Positions 12,886 to 25,000 of a DNA stretch of 64,000 nucleotides are shown here, one piece after another. Each line of letters starts with the position of its first letter. The stretch's first letter is position 1. The stretch covers positions 9,238,001 to 9,302,000 of the forward strand of contig NC_134031.1 in NCBI RefSeq assembly GCF_964204645.1, in the 5' to 3' direction. Under the pieces are notes generated by a model. The model had not been told where the DNA came from, did no database searches, and was given only the letters and a program-made list of their open reading frames with translations. Source of the DNA: Tubulanus polymorphus. Its lineage: Eukaryota > Animalia > Nemertea. The translations under genes and the position numbers were made by a program.

Positions 12886-13542
12886 AGATATGTCCTTTTA
12901 GAAGAGGGGCTAAGCGACACTATCACATACAGTACGGGTATGCTAGCTTGCCAATTTGTACCGTATGCCATACGGTAGTGGTATTGTAAGGGTTAAAACA
13001 CCATCAACTTACCTCAAACTGACTGTTCTGTAATCAGATGGAAGTTAACTATTGTTTGTGCATAAATTTGTAATCCTAAGTAGCTTTTGACGATCGTAGT
13101 AACTCAAAACTTTTGCCTAGTCTTCTCAAAAAATAGTTGAAGTGAAGCAACATAACAAATATGGCAGCTTTTCATGTTGCATGATGGGAGTGTTGATTAC
13201 GGATTCGTACTTGAACTTGGATTGACATTGATGCCAATGCAGATATTATTCTTGTTTCAAATTCTTAAGTTAAAATTGACCAAAATGTATGCGTTTTATC
13301 AACAAAAAATAACATTTAGAGTAATTTTAGAGAGACATAGGCCTATTGAATTTTCACATTTTATTGGAAATCCCGATGGTGGCAATCAATTCAAATCAAA
13401 TCAATAGATTCTCCGGTTCGCGATTTAAATCATCAAAAATATTGTTATAAAACACGTTTTCTAAGTCAAAAGGTAACTAATTTATTTATTTGAGTGCAAA
13501 GGTTTGATTTGACACTAAAATCAGTTGTTGCTTTGCAATTGA

Positions 13543-13978
13543 CTCTTTGCCTGCCAGGCCTATTTTTCAGGAAATGCTGCGCTTTGCCAGGATTTTCGTT
13601 TTTTTCAGATATTCATTAAACAAAAACTTAAAGAGATATCATCAAATTTGTTTTATTTTGTTCATCTGGTCTTGCTTTTTCAAGTGAATTAAGCAGCATT
13701 TCTTCTAAAAACAATACAATCTGCAGCAATCACTAGTGCAGAGGGGGTATTTTGCATAAAATATGCCCATTCATGCGCGTTCAGACCCCATTTCGATAGA
13801 TGACGTCACTAATGATAGTTTGTTTTAGTAGTAAAAGGCAATAAACCAACTGGTGTTGTGCGATGAATTCGCCATCTATCGTTAAAGTTAAGAAACAAGT
13901 CAACCATACCAGTACATTTTTAGTAGGCAAGTGATGGGAGATATCGAACGTACGAGTACGTTTTTGGCAGGAAATGAG
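13543..13978. mobile_element. Non-autonomous piggyBac-like MITE
   Basis: TT(G)A-CTCTTTGCCTGCCA ... TGGCAGGAAATGAG-TTAA; absent from the paralogous repeat copy at ~15085. Confidence 0.65.
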
Positions 13979-16900
13979 TTAACTGGAGTTAACCTCTATA
14001 TGATACTTTAGCGTCAGATGTTGTAGGAATTTAAAAGAATAACACGTTCGCTGCCAACTAGCGGTTTAAGGTCTGGTTGCCATTGCCAAGGCTTTTTTGA
14101 CATTATACAATTTATATGCTGCCAGTTCTATTTGTCCATTGATAAATCACTGCACTGATCTATTTTAGTTTCAAAAACCAGTGACGAGATAACTCGTCAC
14201 TGGCACTGGTGAAGAGATTCTCAATTTTTTCTTGTCCCCATTGCCAGTGAAAAGTGTGAAAAATCAAATAAAAATTTAAAAGAATAAGAGTTGTATTGTA
14301 AAAATCATATAGAATGATTTTAGTTGTTATATTCTCCTAAATATTGGCCAGAAAAGAAGCTAAAGTTCATTGCTTTCTGAAGATTTTTTTGAAAAATTTC
14401 AAGTGTGCACCACACTTGAGAGACAAATATTCCCCAAACAACGTCTAGGGCTAAAGTCCACAAATAGGGTTAATTTTCGTCCCTCATTTTGAGGTATGAG
14501 GCTTTGAGCGTCTATTTTACCCCTTAAAACACCATCAACTTACCTCAAACTGACTGTTCTGTAATCAGATGGAAGTTAACTATTGTTTGGGCATAAAAAA
14601 TTTATAATCGTAAGTAGCTTTTGACGATCGTAGTAACTCAAAACTTTTGGCTAGTTTCCCCCAAAAGATAGTTGAAGTTAAGCAACATAACAAATATGGT
14701 GGTTTTTCGTGTTGCATGATGGGAGGGTAAATAACGGATTCGGACATGAACTTGGACTGACATTGATGCCAATTCAGATATTATTCTTGTTTCAAATGTT
14801 CAAGGTAAAATTCGCCAAAATTAATGCGTTTTAACAACAAAAAATAAATAACATTAAGAGTAATATTAAGGAGACATATTGAGTTTGCACATTTTATTAA
14901 TTTAGTACGTAGTGGAAATCTCGTTTGTGGCAATCATTTCAAATCAAATCAATACATTCTCTGGTTCCCGATATAAATCATCGAAAATATTATTATAAAT
15001 CACGTTCTCAAAGTCAACAAGGTAACTAAGTAATCTATTTGAGTAAAAAGGTTGGATTTGACACTAAAATCAGTTGTTGCATTGCAAAAAGCAGGAGTAA
15101 ACCTCCATATGTCAGTTCGGCGTCAGTCGTTGTAGTGAACCCGTAACAACGACTGGTATTCAGATTACCTCACCTATCACCAGGGCTTGAACCCCAATAG
15201 AGAATCTGCAACTTCAAGAGAGGCCCTGATTAATTCATCCATCATAAATGCCTAATGTGTCTAATGAAATTTTCAACCATAATCAACGATGTAAATTTTA
15301 GGCACTGGTAGTCTCACACCCTGTGTGATATTTATGTAGTGAGAGCAATAATGACAGTATGGGTATCAGATTACATACACATACTATGGTATGAAATCAT
15401 GTAAATTTACAAGACATGTTATAACACAAGGTGAAAACAAACTCAAAAAGAATCAACACAATTTGATAAAAATGAATGACTATGCTTAATACATCTAGTA
15501 TTAGAAAGGTAAACAAAGAAATTAATTTCAATTAATTATTTGACACCTGCGAAAAAATTGTAGAATTTTTGCGATAAGCTAATGTGGAATTGTTTATTTG
15601 AAATCAAAGGTTTAAGAAAATTGGGGAATTATGAGATTTGGCGATTGGGTAGATGATACAAGGCTTCCACTGTTGAGTAGTGGTTTAATTTTTCATTGAA
15701 AATTGTCAATAATTGATAACTTGCAACCGACTTCATTCACTTTTGCCTCTTAGCTGGTCTGCAACTTTATTGCCTCCATGGTTGAGGAAAGAGCTCTTTC
15801 GATGTCTGCTTCATCATGACTTAGGAGCATGTCGTGTGGCCTACTAGTAGCCGGCCGGCCCGTCCCCCGGGTTTTTGGCTGTCACTCGTTTCCTCTTACG
15901 TCTGGGTTGAAGTAGACATTGTCATTTAAAATCACTTCTTTGTGTTATTCTGTATGAATTTCGCGTGTGTTGTATGTTGTATTTTCTTATTTTAAAATTT
16001 GTAACTTTATTGAATTTGGGAATATATTTTCTAAAACATTTCAATATTGAAATTATATGTTTACACATTTTTATTGGTTCGAAGAATGAGAACCTAAGCT
16101 ATCGTCAAGTTGCAGTTATGAAGTCACGTGACAGGTTCAGAAGATTTTTTTTTCAGATTGAGTGATACGCCTCAATGAAATACATCCACATACGTAATTC
16201 GTTTGTCTTAAGAATATTATAATTATCATGATAGATATATTCAAATACTCTGAATGATATCATTTTCTAAAATCATACGTAATGAATGCCGATTTAGCGG
16301 TTGGTTAAAACAAATCATTACATCTACTCGCGCATAAATACACCATCAATGCTGAGCATGTTAAAGCGCCAGTACCCGTACGTACAGCCATACACACGTT
16401 GATGCCGACACCGGCTTCCACTTCAAAAGTTAAGAACAAAATATTAGATATATTTGTGATCCGATTTACACCAAATAAACCTTTAAAGTAAGGTATTTAG
16501 CATCGGATATTGTGCCGAAAATTCTAGATTGATAAACTACATAGTTTTTCAAGTAAGTGCTTTTTTAGTGTAAACCAATTATGTTGATTGACAGGCATTT
16601 TATCGATGACGTCAGATGTAAACAATAACATTACCATGTGCGCAATGCAAGCGGTAAACAAATTGAATTTTTTCAAATAAACTTCTCTAATGGAATATCA
16701 ATTTCTTTTCATAATTTGCCTTTCTTTTATGTGATTTATAATTTGAACGTCAGATTTCGCTTCTTCAAACCCCAGGACTTGGAAGTCCTCTTGTATTGAC
16801 TGCTTGTAGCCGCCGATGAAATTCACGCCGGTCCTACACAGATTGTAGATAGCTTCGTCATTCCACCAGCATCCCCATGTTAGGGTCTTACTTATATATC

Positions 16901-18189
16901 AGACTTCCAAATCGTGTATACATCTGCCATTTTGACCGAATGATCCGATTTACTTATCATTTCTATTTATGCCTGCCGCTTCTGATATAATCAAACATCC
17001 ATTACTACTACAATACGTCTTCTAATGATATTCAATGCGATATAACATTTCGACATTCAAGTAGAGCTCATTTTAGTCCAGGAGCTAGCCCACAGTTAAT
17101 CAACAGTTCTAGTCAAGAAGGTTTGAGGTGTGGAATGTCAGCGTTGGCCCATATCTACTTAGGAAAGGAACGTCTTAAGTTTCAAAGCCGTGCCTGGGGG
17201 GGGGGGGGTAGGTGGGCCCCCAAAAATTCCCAAAAAATCGTTTTAATCAACAGTTTTTGTCCAGCATTAATTTCAACATAAATCAGTACGGCATGGGCCA
17301 ACTAAAATAAAATCATAACTTAAGACAAAATTTTCTGTGCCTAGGGTCCCTTAAGACCCCCTTTTTTTCGGGGGCCTAGGGCACTTTTAATCAACAGTTT
17401 TTGTCCAGGTGTGATTCTACCTCAGAATCATAGTATTTTATGTGCTGATTCAGAAAATGTAACTAAAGACGAGATTTTCCGTGCCTAGCCCCACCTAAGA
17501 CACCCTTAAAACCCCCTTATGCCCCCTTTTGTCAAAGAACTGGCTTCAATCAACAGTTTTTGTCCAGCATTAATTTCAACATAAATCAGTAGGGCATGGG
17601 CCAACTGATATAAAATAATAACTTAAGACGAAATTTTCTGTGCCTAGGGTCCCTTAAGACCCCCTTTTTCGGGGGCCTAGGGCACTTTTAATCCACAGTT
17701 TTTGTCCAGGTGTGATTCTACCTCAGAATCATAGTATTTTATGTGCTGATTCAGAAAATGTAACTTAAGACCAGATTTTCCGTGCCTAGCCCCACTTAAG
17801 ACACCCTTAAAACCCCCTTATGCCCCCCTTTGAGAAAAATCATCTTTTATCAACGGTTTTCCTTCCATAATTCTCCAATCAATGATTTAATTAAACAGTA
17901 AACTAAATTTAAGAACAATTGTTTATTTCTGCATAGTTTCTTTCAATTCTTCATGTAACTAAAATTTGCAATTAAAAATCAATCCTTTTACACAGTGTAT
18001 ATATGTCAGACAAGCCCAAAAATATTGCTTGGTTTCAGTTACCTACTGTGCCATTAAAGGGCCACCCTGTGATTTGACATTTCTCAATTTTTGATATATT
18101 TACAGAAATCTTGATCTAGATTTTGCACCGCGAATTGTTTATTCTGCTTCAGCTATATATTAGTAAACTGAAAACTATTAAATCAGTAT

Positions 18190-19921
18190 CATAATCCAAC
18201 AATACATCTCAGTCATCATCGATTCATCATCACCTACGTCGTCACTCGCAAGGTCACTATTGTCAATGAGATTTTCCGGACATTGATTACCTTGAAACAT
18301 CACCAGATCATGCCTATCATTGTCCAAATACCATCCATCTTTCTCTTGGATTTTAAACGAGCTGGCATTTATCAGCGCTAAGTAAGTTCAGCCAGACATG
18401 ATGGAATGTTGGATCCATCAACCCCCTTTAAATTACCCAATGGATTATTTCCTCCAGGTTTTGGTCCATACGCTTTGAGAACAACTTGAAACCGATGATC
18501 ATTCAATGAGCTGTCATGTCTTTTGCTATGTCAGAAATACAAATATATCTTCGATTGTTCAGAGATGCTAGTTTTCTGGAAATATCCGGAATTCCGGAAA
18601 TTTAGGATCGCCGATGTCAATTCCGGAAATTTGGTGAGAATTCCTCGCGGCGACCAGTAATGGCACGGACCGTAAAAGCGTTCGTTTGCTTGTACTCGTC
18701 GTCGCTTCTGTGTTATTTTATCTTGGTCTCCGTTTCCGAGGATGTTCTGCTACAATGTATATATGTGTGCTTGTGGTGGTATCTGTGCGTGCGTAGGTGG
18801 AGCGCCACTGTTGTGACGCCATTTCCAATTATCTTTACGCGGCGTTGTACATCGTCCCGCTGACGGCCAACAATGTGAAGATGCACGTGGTAATAATTAA
18901 GATGATATTTAATAAATATCATCTTAATTATAACCATGCGCGTGCTATGTCCTGAGGCACGCAGCTTTGTAACTTTCTTTTTGCCTGCAGCTGTCAAGCG
19001 GGACGGTCTGCAAAATGAGCACGCACGGAAAGATTGTCAGTCGGGAGTCGGCCGATATAAAGGCAATTGACAGCGGTATAAAAAATAAATTTAACTGGCA
19101 CTGGCTAGAGTGTAAGGACAGTAACGGGGACTACTTATCGAACTACATTCGTAAGTTAGACTTAGCTGGCGTGGCGTACTGCGTCGTTTGTAAAGACCAG
19201 GTCAAATACGGTAGTGGCGGGAAAAAGATATTCTTCGTCACCCGGATAGCGCGCGGCATAAGAAGGCAGCGAGGGATGTGAAGCACAACGAATGCCTGCC
19301 ATCGTATTTTCAGATGAAAGATGCCGATCGTGATACTGCATCTCCGGTGATGCAAAAACGCAAAATTTTTCCTGGGGGAGAATTTTTCTGACCCCCCGTT
19401 CTAAATTCCGGAATTTTGGTACTTTGGCCCTAGCATCTCTGATTGTTACTACTGCTCGTTCCGACATCCATCCATAATTTTGCTTTGAAAACTTTTGCAT
19501 GGTGTATCATTATTATGGCTATATCAGTGTCTGAAGCACGGATTATGATATCTCTGACATTTGGCCTGTCTGCATCCTTTGCATGTAGACAGATCCTGGT
19601 GTCAGCCTTGAAGTGATTGCACACCGTGTTCCTGATAACGCGTCCTGCAGTAACCAAATACTTATTGCAAGTTTCAGCATATCCCAAGTAGATCTCTTTA
19701 CTGCCAATAATTTCACTGTATTCATTTTTTTCCCACTCGTTAGCCAGGAAATCTGGTAGCCTCTGTTTGAATGTATTTGACTTCAATGCTTCATTGAGGT
19801 TGAGAGGGCACCTTTGTTCTGGTCCCGTTATCAGGTACTCTTGGTCACTTGCATTCCTGCGTAATCTTTCAGAGCCTTTGATGGACGGTACTTGGTAAGT
19901 GTCAAAAAGGACGTCCACGCG
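18190..19921 (-). pseudogene. Academ transposase C-terminal (XPG-like) fragment, left-pointing, interrupted by a hAT element
   Basis: VDVLFDTY..SIKGSERLRR, NHFKADTRICLHA, IRASDTDIAII; continues past the insert to VDGSNIPSC and an acidic tail. Confidence 0.75.
18560..19441 (+). mobile_element. Internally deleted hAT-like transposon with 6-bp TSD (hAT6-like)
   Basis: 12-bp TIR CAGAGATGCTAG / CTAGCATCTCTG; TSD ATTGTT (18554-18559 / 19442-19447); ORF 19015-19281 with zinc-finger-like N-terminus (KNKFNWHWLE..AYCVVC..YGSGG). Confidence 0.75.
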
Positions 19922-20195
19922 AAAAGCAAAATTATGGATGGATGTCGGAATGAGCAGTAGTAACAATCGAAGATAATTTATTTGTATTTCTGACATTGCA
20001 AAAGACATTGGAGAAACGATGTGTGATGCTTTACCAGCATTCCACGCGAATACAGGATCAGACTACACGTCTGCATTTACCAGAAAAGACAAAATAAGTC
20101 CTTTCAGACATCTCAAAAAAAATGAGAAAGTACAAAAAGCATTTGTGATGATGAATCGATGATGACTGAGATTTATTGATGGATTATGATACTGA
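19922..20195 (+). pseudogene. Academ transposase C-terminal fragment, right-pointing
   Basis: + strand reads KAKLWMDVGMSSSNNRR..CISDIAKDIGETMCDALPAFHANTGSDYTSAFTRKDK (Academ FHAxTGxDxxSAF motif). Confidence 0.75.
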
Positions 20196-21979
20196 TTTAA
20201 TAGTTTTTAGTTTACTAATATATAGCTGAAGCAGAATAAACAATTCTCGGTGAAAAGTCTATAGACAGTTACAAAATTTTAAGTTTGACCGATACACCCT
20301 ATCTAGATCAAGATTTTTGTAAATATATCAAAAATTGAGTAATGTCAAATCACGGGGTGGCCCTTTAATGGCACAGTAGGTTACTGAAACCAAGCAATAT
20401 TTTTGGGCTTGTCTGACAAATATACACTGTGTAAAAGGATTGATTTTTAATTGCAAATTGTAGTTACATGAAGTATTGAAAGAAACTATGCAGAAATAAA
20501 CAATTGTTCTTAAATTTAGTTTACTGTTTAATTAAATCATTGATTGGAGAATTATGGAAGGAAAACCGTTGATAAAAGATGATTTTTTTTCAAAGGGGGG
20601 CATAAGGGGGTTTTAAGGGTGTCTTAAGTGGGGCTAGGCATGGAAAATCTCCTCTTAAGTTACATTTTCTGAATCAGCACATAAAATACTATGATTCTGA
20701 GGTAGAATCACACCTGGACAAAAACTGTGGATTAAAAGTGCCCTAGGCCCCCGAAAAAGGGGGTCCTAAGGGACCCTAGGCACAGAAAATTTCGTCTTAA
20801 GTTAGATTTTATTTTAGTTGGCCCATGCCGTACTGATTTATGTTGAAATTAATGCTGGACAAAAACTTTAGATTAAAACGATTTTTTGGGAATTTTTGGG
20901 GGCCCACCTACCGCCCGCAGGCACGGCTTTGAAACTTAAGACGTTCCTTTCCTAAGTAGATATGGGCCAACCTTGACATTCCCCACCTCAAACCTTCTTG
21001 ACTAAAACTGTTGATTAAATGTGAGCCAGCTCCTGGACTATTATATAATCCAAGAAGCCTTACTACATCATTGTCAATAATATTTTGCCAAATAGCTTTT
21101 ATGTGTTCACATAGACCAGTGACGTTTTGCACATCGATTTACGGTTGTCGTTTGTAAAATGACGTTGAATGGTTAACATTGTTTAGGTTTCATAATGGTA
21201 ACGTTTTATAAGGCATAAAAAAACTGATATGATTTTTACTACCGGTAACTGTAGGAAACAGTGTGAATTATGCACAGAGTTCAGAAAACTGATTTGAAAT
21301 TCTCATAAAATTCAGGCTAGAATTATCAAAATTTTAACACAATTGACTATTGCATTTGAATTAGTAAATTAATAATTGCAGATGAATTACTAGGCCTATT
21401 ATCATGGTAAAGTAACAGTATTGATCAAAACTGGGGGATATCTTAATGTTTCATTAACAAATTCTAAAATTTCCTTATATAATTCTGGTTAAAATTGTAA
21501 CACATTTAACAACATCATTTAACAAATTTTAAAATTTCATGACGTATAGAATTTTAACATATTTACACAAGTGATTTTAGTTAAGTTACTGTCGATTGTA
21601 TTGGGAAGATAGGAAACTATGTGGTATATATACAGGGATATACATAAAGCTTCATTATAGAATCCGGCCGGTTTGATTATGAAATCTAGCTAGAAATATT
21701 GCTTTAATATAATTGCTGTTGGTCATGATTGTATTGCAGGGGTGGTTGACAACTGGATATTCTACAATATACTATCCTAACATGTGCACCTTTATAATGG
21801 ACTCCTCTGAAGTCTAGATACAGACAGAAATTTTAGTTTGGATTGCATCAATGTCAGATTACTCAAGCCCGCCCTGACATAATGGAATAAAGAACTGTAC
21901 TACCATACCGATATGTGTAGTTATGAGATCATGAAAATACTGTAAAACACGGTCGATCATTTTGTTTTTGTTTGTCCTA

Positions 21980-22138
21980 GGGGATCATTCATTTATTACT
22001 TACGCATGAAATTTGAATTTTTCAACCCCCCCTCCCCTCTGTACGCAAAATCGGCCATTTTTTCATATACATTAAGCATTACAGTACGGAATTGCACTGA
22101 CCCCTCCCCTAATGCGTACATATTAAATGAACGACCCC
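21980..22138. mobile_element. Short MITE flanked by TA
   Basis: ta-GGGGATCATTCATTTATTAC ... ATTAAATGAACGACCCC-ta. Confidence 0.7.
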
Positions 22139-22199
22139 TAGGTATTCCCTACCTAAATACAACTTGTACAAACATCAGAAATACATATGTAGATACATC

Positions 22200-25000
22200 T
22201 GACATTTGCTATAGCAGTCCTTGCAGAACCATTTCTTAGATTTCAGTACCCTTTTAAGCGATGCAACCATTCAAGGCAACTATTACACCCGATTTGGGTG
22301 GGTTCATTGGAATTGTCATTCTCGTTATCATCATCGGTCAAATTCTAATCCAGGCAACAAATTCCGCACAACCAACCCATCTTGTTTTACCTTCAGCAGA
22401 TTACACAGTAATGCCTTCCATGCATCTGCTTCGAAGTAACACCTTATCCGAGGAATATGCACCCCATCGTCGTTCCTGAATGCATGGGAAATTTCAGTTG
22501 GTGTCTCAAAGTCCTTCTTTTCTATAGGAGTTCCAGCGATGGCGTTTTCTGCAGCAACACCACTTACAACCCACCAATGTACACCTGAAATAAAAAAGTA
22601 CCCAGTATGTAATCTAATGAATAACATATAAGTAGGCAGCAAAGTGTAGATTTGTCCGCGTGAAATTTCCTTCAATAGCAAATAAAAAGGTACTATGCTG
22701 AACTAGTATTGAAAATCTCTGCTGACCAGTGGTCACTACAGACCTAAAAACTCACATTTATCTTGCACTGTTTTTTTTAATCGAAGACTGCTTGGCAACT
22801 TTCTTTCCTCCAGTAGCTTTCGTTCGTGGTAGGCCAACAACTATAACCTCATTTCCCTTTGGTCTACCTCTAACACTCATTTTCTGTGCGAGCTTTATCA
22901 ATGGGAGCTGAAATATTTATTGAAATGACCTAATTTAATACGTGTAGTACCAGTACAACTTTTTCTTTATTTTTATGTTAGTACCCACCATAGTTAAATT
23001 CAATTCCCAACATCAGGTACACTGCTGATATTAAGTTCAGTTACCCTTACCTCTCTATTTCTACTACGGTAGTTGATGGTAAATCATTACTGCTATGACT
23101 GTTTGCTTCATTACTATTACGACGGTTACCTAGTTTGATCAGCCTGAAATAAGTTATGAATTTAGTGTATTCCCAAAATGAGGTACACTGACCTGTAATG
23201 CATTTGGGGTTCAGTTTGCTTATCCTTTCCTCAATATTTTTACTAGTTGACGATGATTGATTACTGTTAAGGGAGCGTTCACAAATTACGTACCTCAAAA
23301 TCTCCCGTTTTTCAGCCCCCTCTCCCCCCTTGTACCACCTTTGTACCAAATTCACTGACCCCCTTCTTTGGTAGGTACCATGGGACCCATGACCATCCCC
23401 CCAATTATATTGATACCAGGCACACATAGAACAAAAGTTCAATATGAAGAAATGACACAACAAAAGAATTTAGCAATTATAGTTGTTTATTGATTTTATA
23501 TACCCGGCACTAAGAGCCGCGATAAAACACCAGTGGTATCGGCTATTTTCACTTGAGTATGGTGCATAAAGTATGTACTGATGTGATTGATTAATTCCCC
23601 CCTCCCGCAAAGTACGTACCTTTTTTGCTGACCCCCCTCCCCATGTACCACTTTGTACCAAAATTCAGTAACCCCCTGCCCCCGATAGAGGTACGTAATT
23701 TATGAAGGCTCCCAAACTTCAGTTAGGACTGTTGATGTTGAGCCATTATTGTTACGACTGTGAACAAGAGTTTGGAGAGTTGATTGTAAGACATTTCTGT
23801 TACGTGTTTGGTCAGTTGATGGTTAGCCATTACTGTTACGATTGATAACTACAGTTTGGTCTGCCTGAAAGAAGTTAGGACAATGAAATCAGGAGAACAC
23901 TAAGGGATATTAGGGGTATGATGACATGAGGGATAGGTGGTAACGAGGTTCCTTGTAACAAGGTTACACTGTAGTTCCTTTCCAGCTGTATAGGCGTCAC
24001 CACATACATGCAAAATAAGCTTACGCCATCTGGTACAGGGTGTGCACAATTATCTGGGAGTGAAAGGCTTAATCGATTGTAGTCTGTATATAATGAATCT
24101 ACTGTATGCGATATCAAAATCTTGCACAATTCCATATATTATTCGCCATAAGACTTGTCAGTGATTTTAAAAAATCTTTCAACTGTCTTCAAGGTAGCAC
24201 CCAGGGTATGTTTCTTAAGCATCTGTGTTAAAGTGGGCCTACCTCATTATTATATGTGTCACACACTATTGCTTTTTCCCAAAGATTGGTCAAATCGTTT
24301 AACACCCGAAGTCGCTGATGGAAGAGACTCATGCCGCCTTCACTGGTCAGCCAGTTTCTGCGCCACTTCAAATGCCTTTTTATCTCAGGCGAAGCATGTT
24401 CGATCATATCTTTATCTGTGAGAACACTTTCCATATGATATTTAAAAGGTTAATTTCCGCTAACTAATATGGCCACAAGACAGCTATCTCCAATTTTTGG
24501 TCTGCAAGTGTGTCAGGGTCGACGTACACTCATTCTGAAAACTAAGATGATAGCATGAAGCATGATGAAGACTTCCCAAAACAAGCAAATGGCTACGAAT
24601 GAAGATCGCAACATGTAGGCGATGGATGGATCTAAATATAAATGGATAGTAAATGTCAAATTTACCTGGGCCTGCAACATTTGATTACATATCTTCTACA
24701 TTATCTGCACATTTGTTCAATTTTGTTGACATTTTCTTCAGATCGACAAGGGTGACACATTTTCTGTATGATTGCTGAATATGGTGAACTGAAGAATCTT
24801 TTTGTTAGGCTTTGTCGTTAGGATGTTCAGAACTTCTTCACTTTGATTTTCATTGAATCATCTCTTCTTGGGTATAAATCTATACGTTTCAAGGAACCAA
24901 CCATGATATCAAGGAATATATTATGAGGACCAATATATTATGCAATATTAGTCATCTGGTCATGATGGGCTAGCTAATTTATCATTGAATACATACCTCA
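22200..25000 (-). pseudogene. Decayed, intron-containing MULE/MuDR (ZSWIM3-like) transposase with C-terminal PHD finger
   Basis: Minus-strand fragments: EEVLNILTTKPNKKILQ..KCVTLVDL (~24750-24845), SEGGMSLFHQRLRVLNDLTNLWE (24228-24434 ORF), KMSVRGRPKG (~22860), YFEADAWKAL, and WLCGICC..QIGCNSCLEWLH..KKWFCKDC (22210-22375). Confidence 0.65.
23271..23713. mobile_element. MITE inserted in the MULE remnant
   Basis: 26-bp TIR GGGAGCGTTCACAAATTACGTACCTC / GAGGTACGTAATTTATGAAGGCTCCC. Confidence 0.8.

Larger units (their letters stand above)
8208..12992 (-). mobile_element. Non-autonomous piggyBac (~1 kb) expanded by two LINE insertions
   Basis: TTAA TSD at 8204-8207 and 12993-12996; TIRs CCCTTTCAATACCAC / GTGGTATTGTAAGGG; uninterrupted copy at 30142-31165. 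Confidence 0.9.
8126..15135 (+). repeat. Two direct copies of a ~0.7 kb repeat; copy 1 (8126-8203 + 12997-14030) is interrupted by piggyBac MITEs, copy 2 (14445-15135) is empty; partial third copy 38177-38320
   Basis: ggttaattttc.tccctcattttgagg..gagcgtct..accccTTAAaacaccatcaacttacctc is contiguous at ~14468-14547 but split at 8204/12996 in copy 1. Confidence 0.8.
17074..21040. mobile_element. Academ-derived fold-back element
   Basis: Termini TAG...CTA; inverted arms 17074-18230 vs 20150-21040 (left arm has a ~300-bp tandem duplication); Academ transposase fragments in both orientations. Confidence 0.8.

Noticed and set aside
15720-17040. Short minus-strand open stretches (RRKRKRV..; WGCWWNDEAIY..)
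   Set aside because: Interrupted by stops and not assignable to any family by eye; cannot support a gene call.
19922-20008. N-terminus of ORF 19430-20008 as a real protein start
   Set aside because: It is the antisense of the right-pointing Academ fragment across the fold-back junction.
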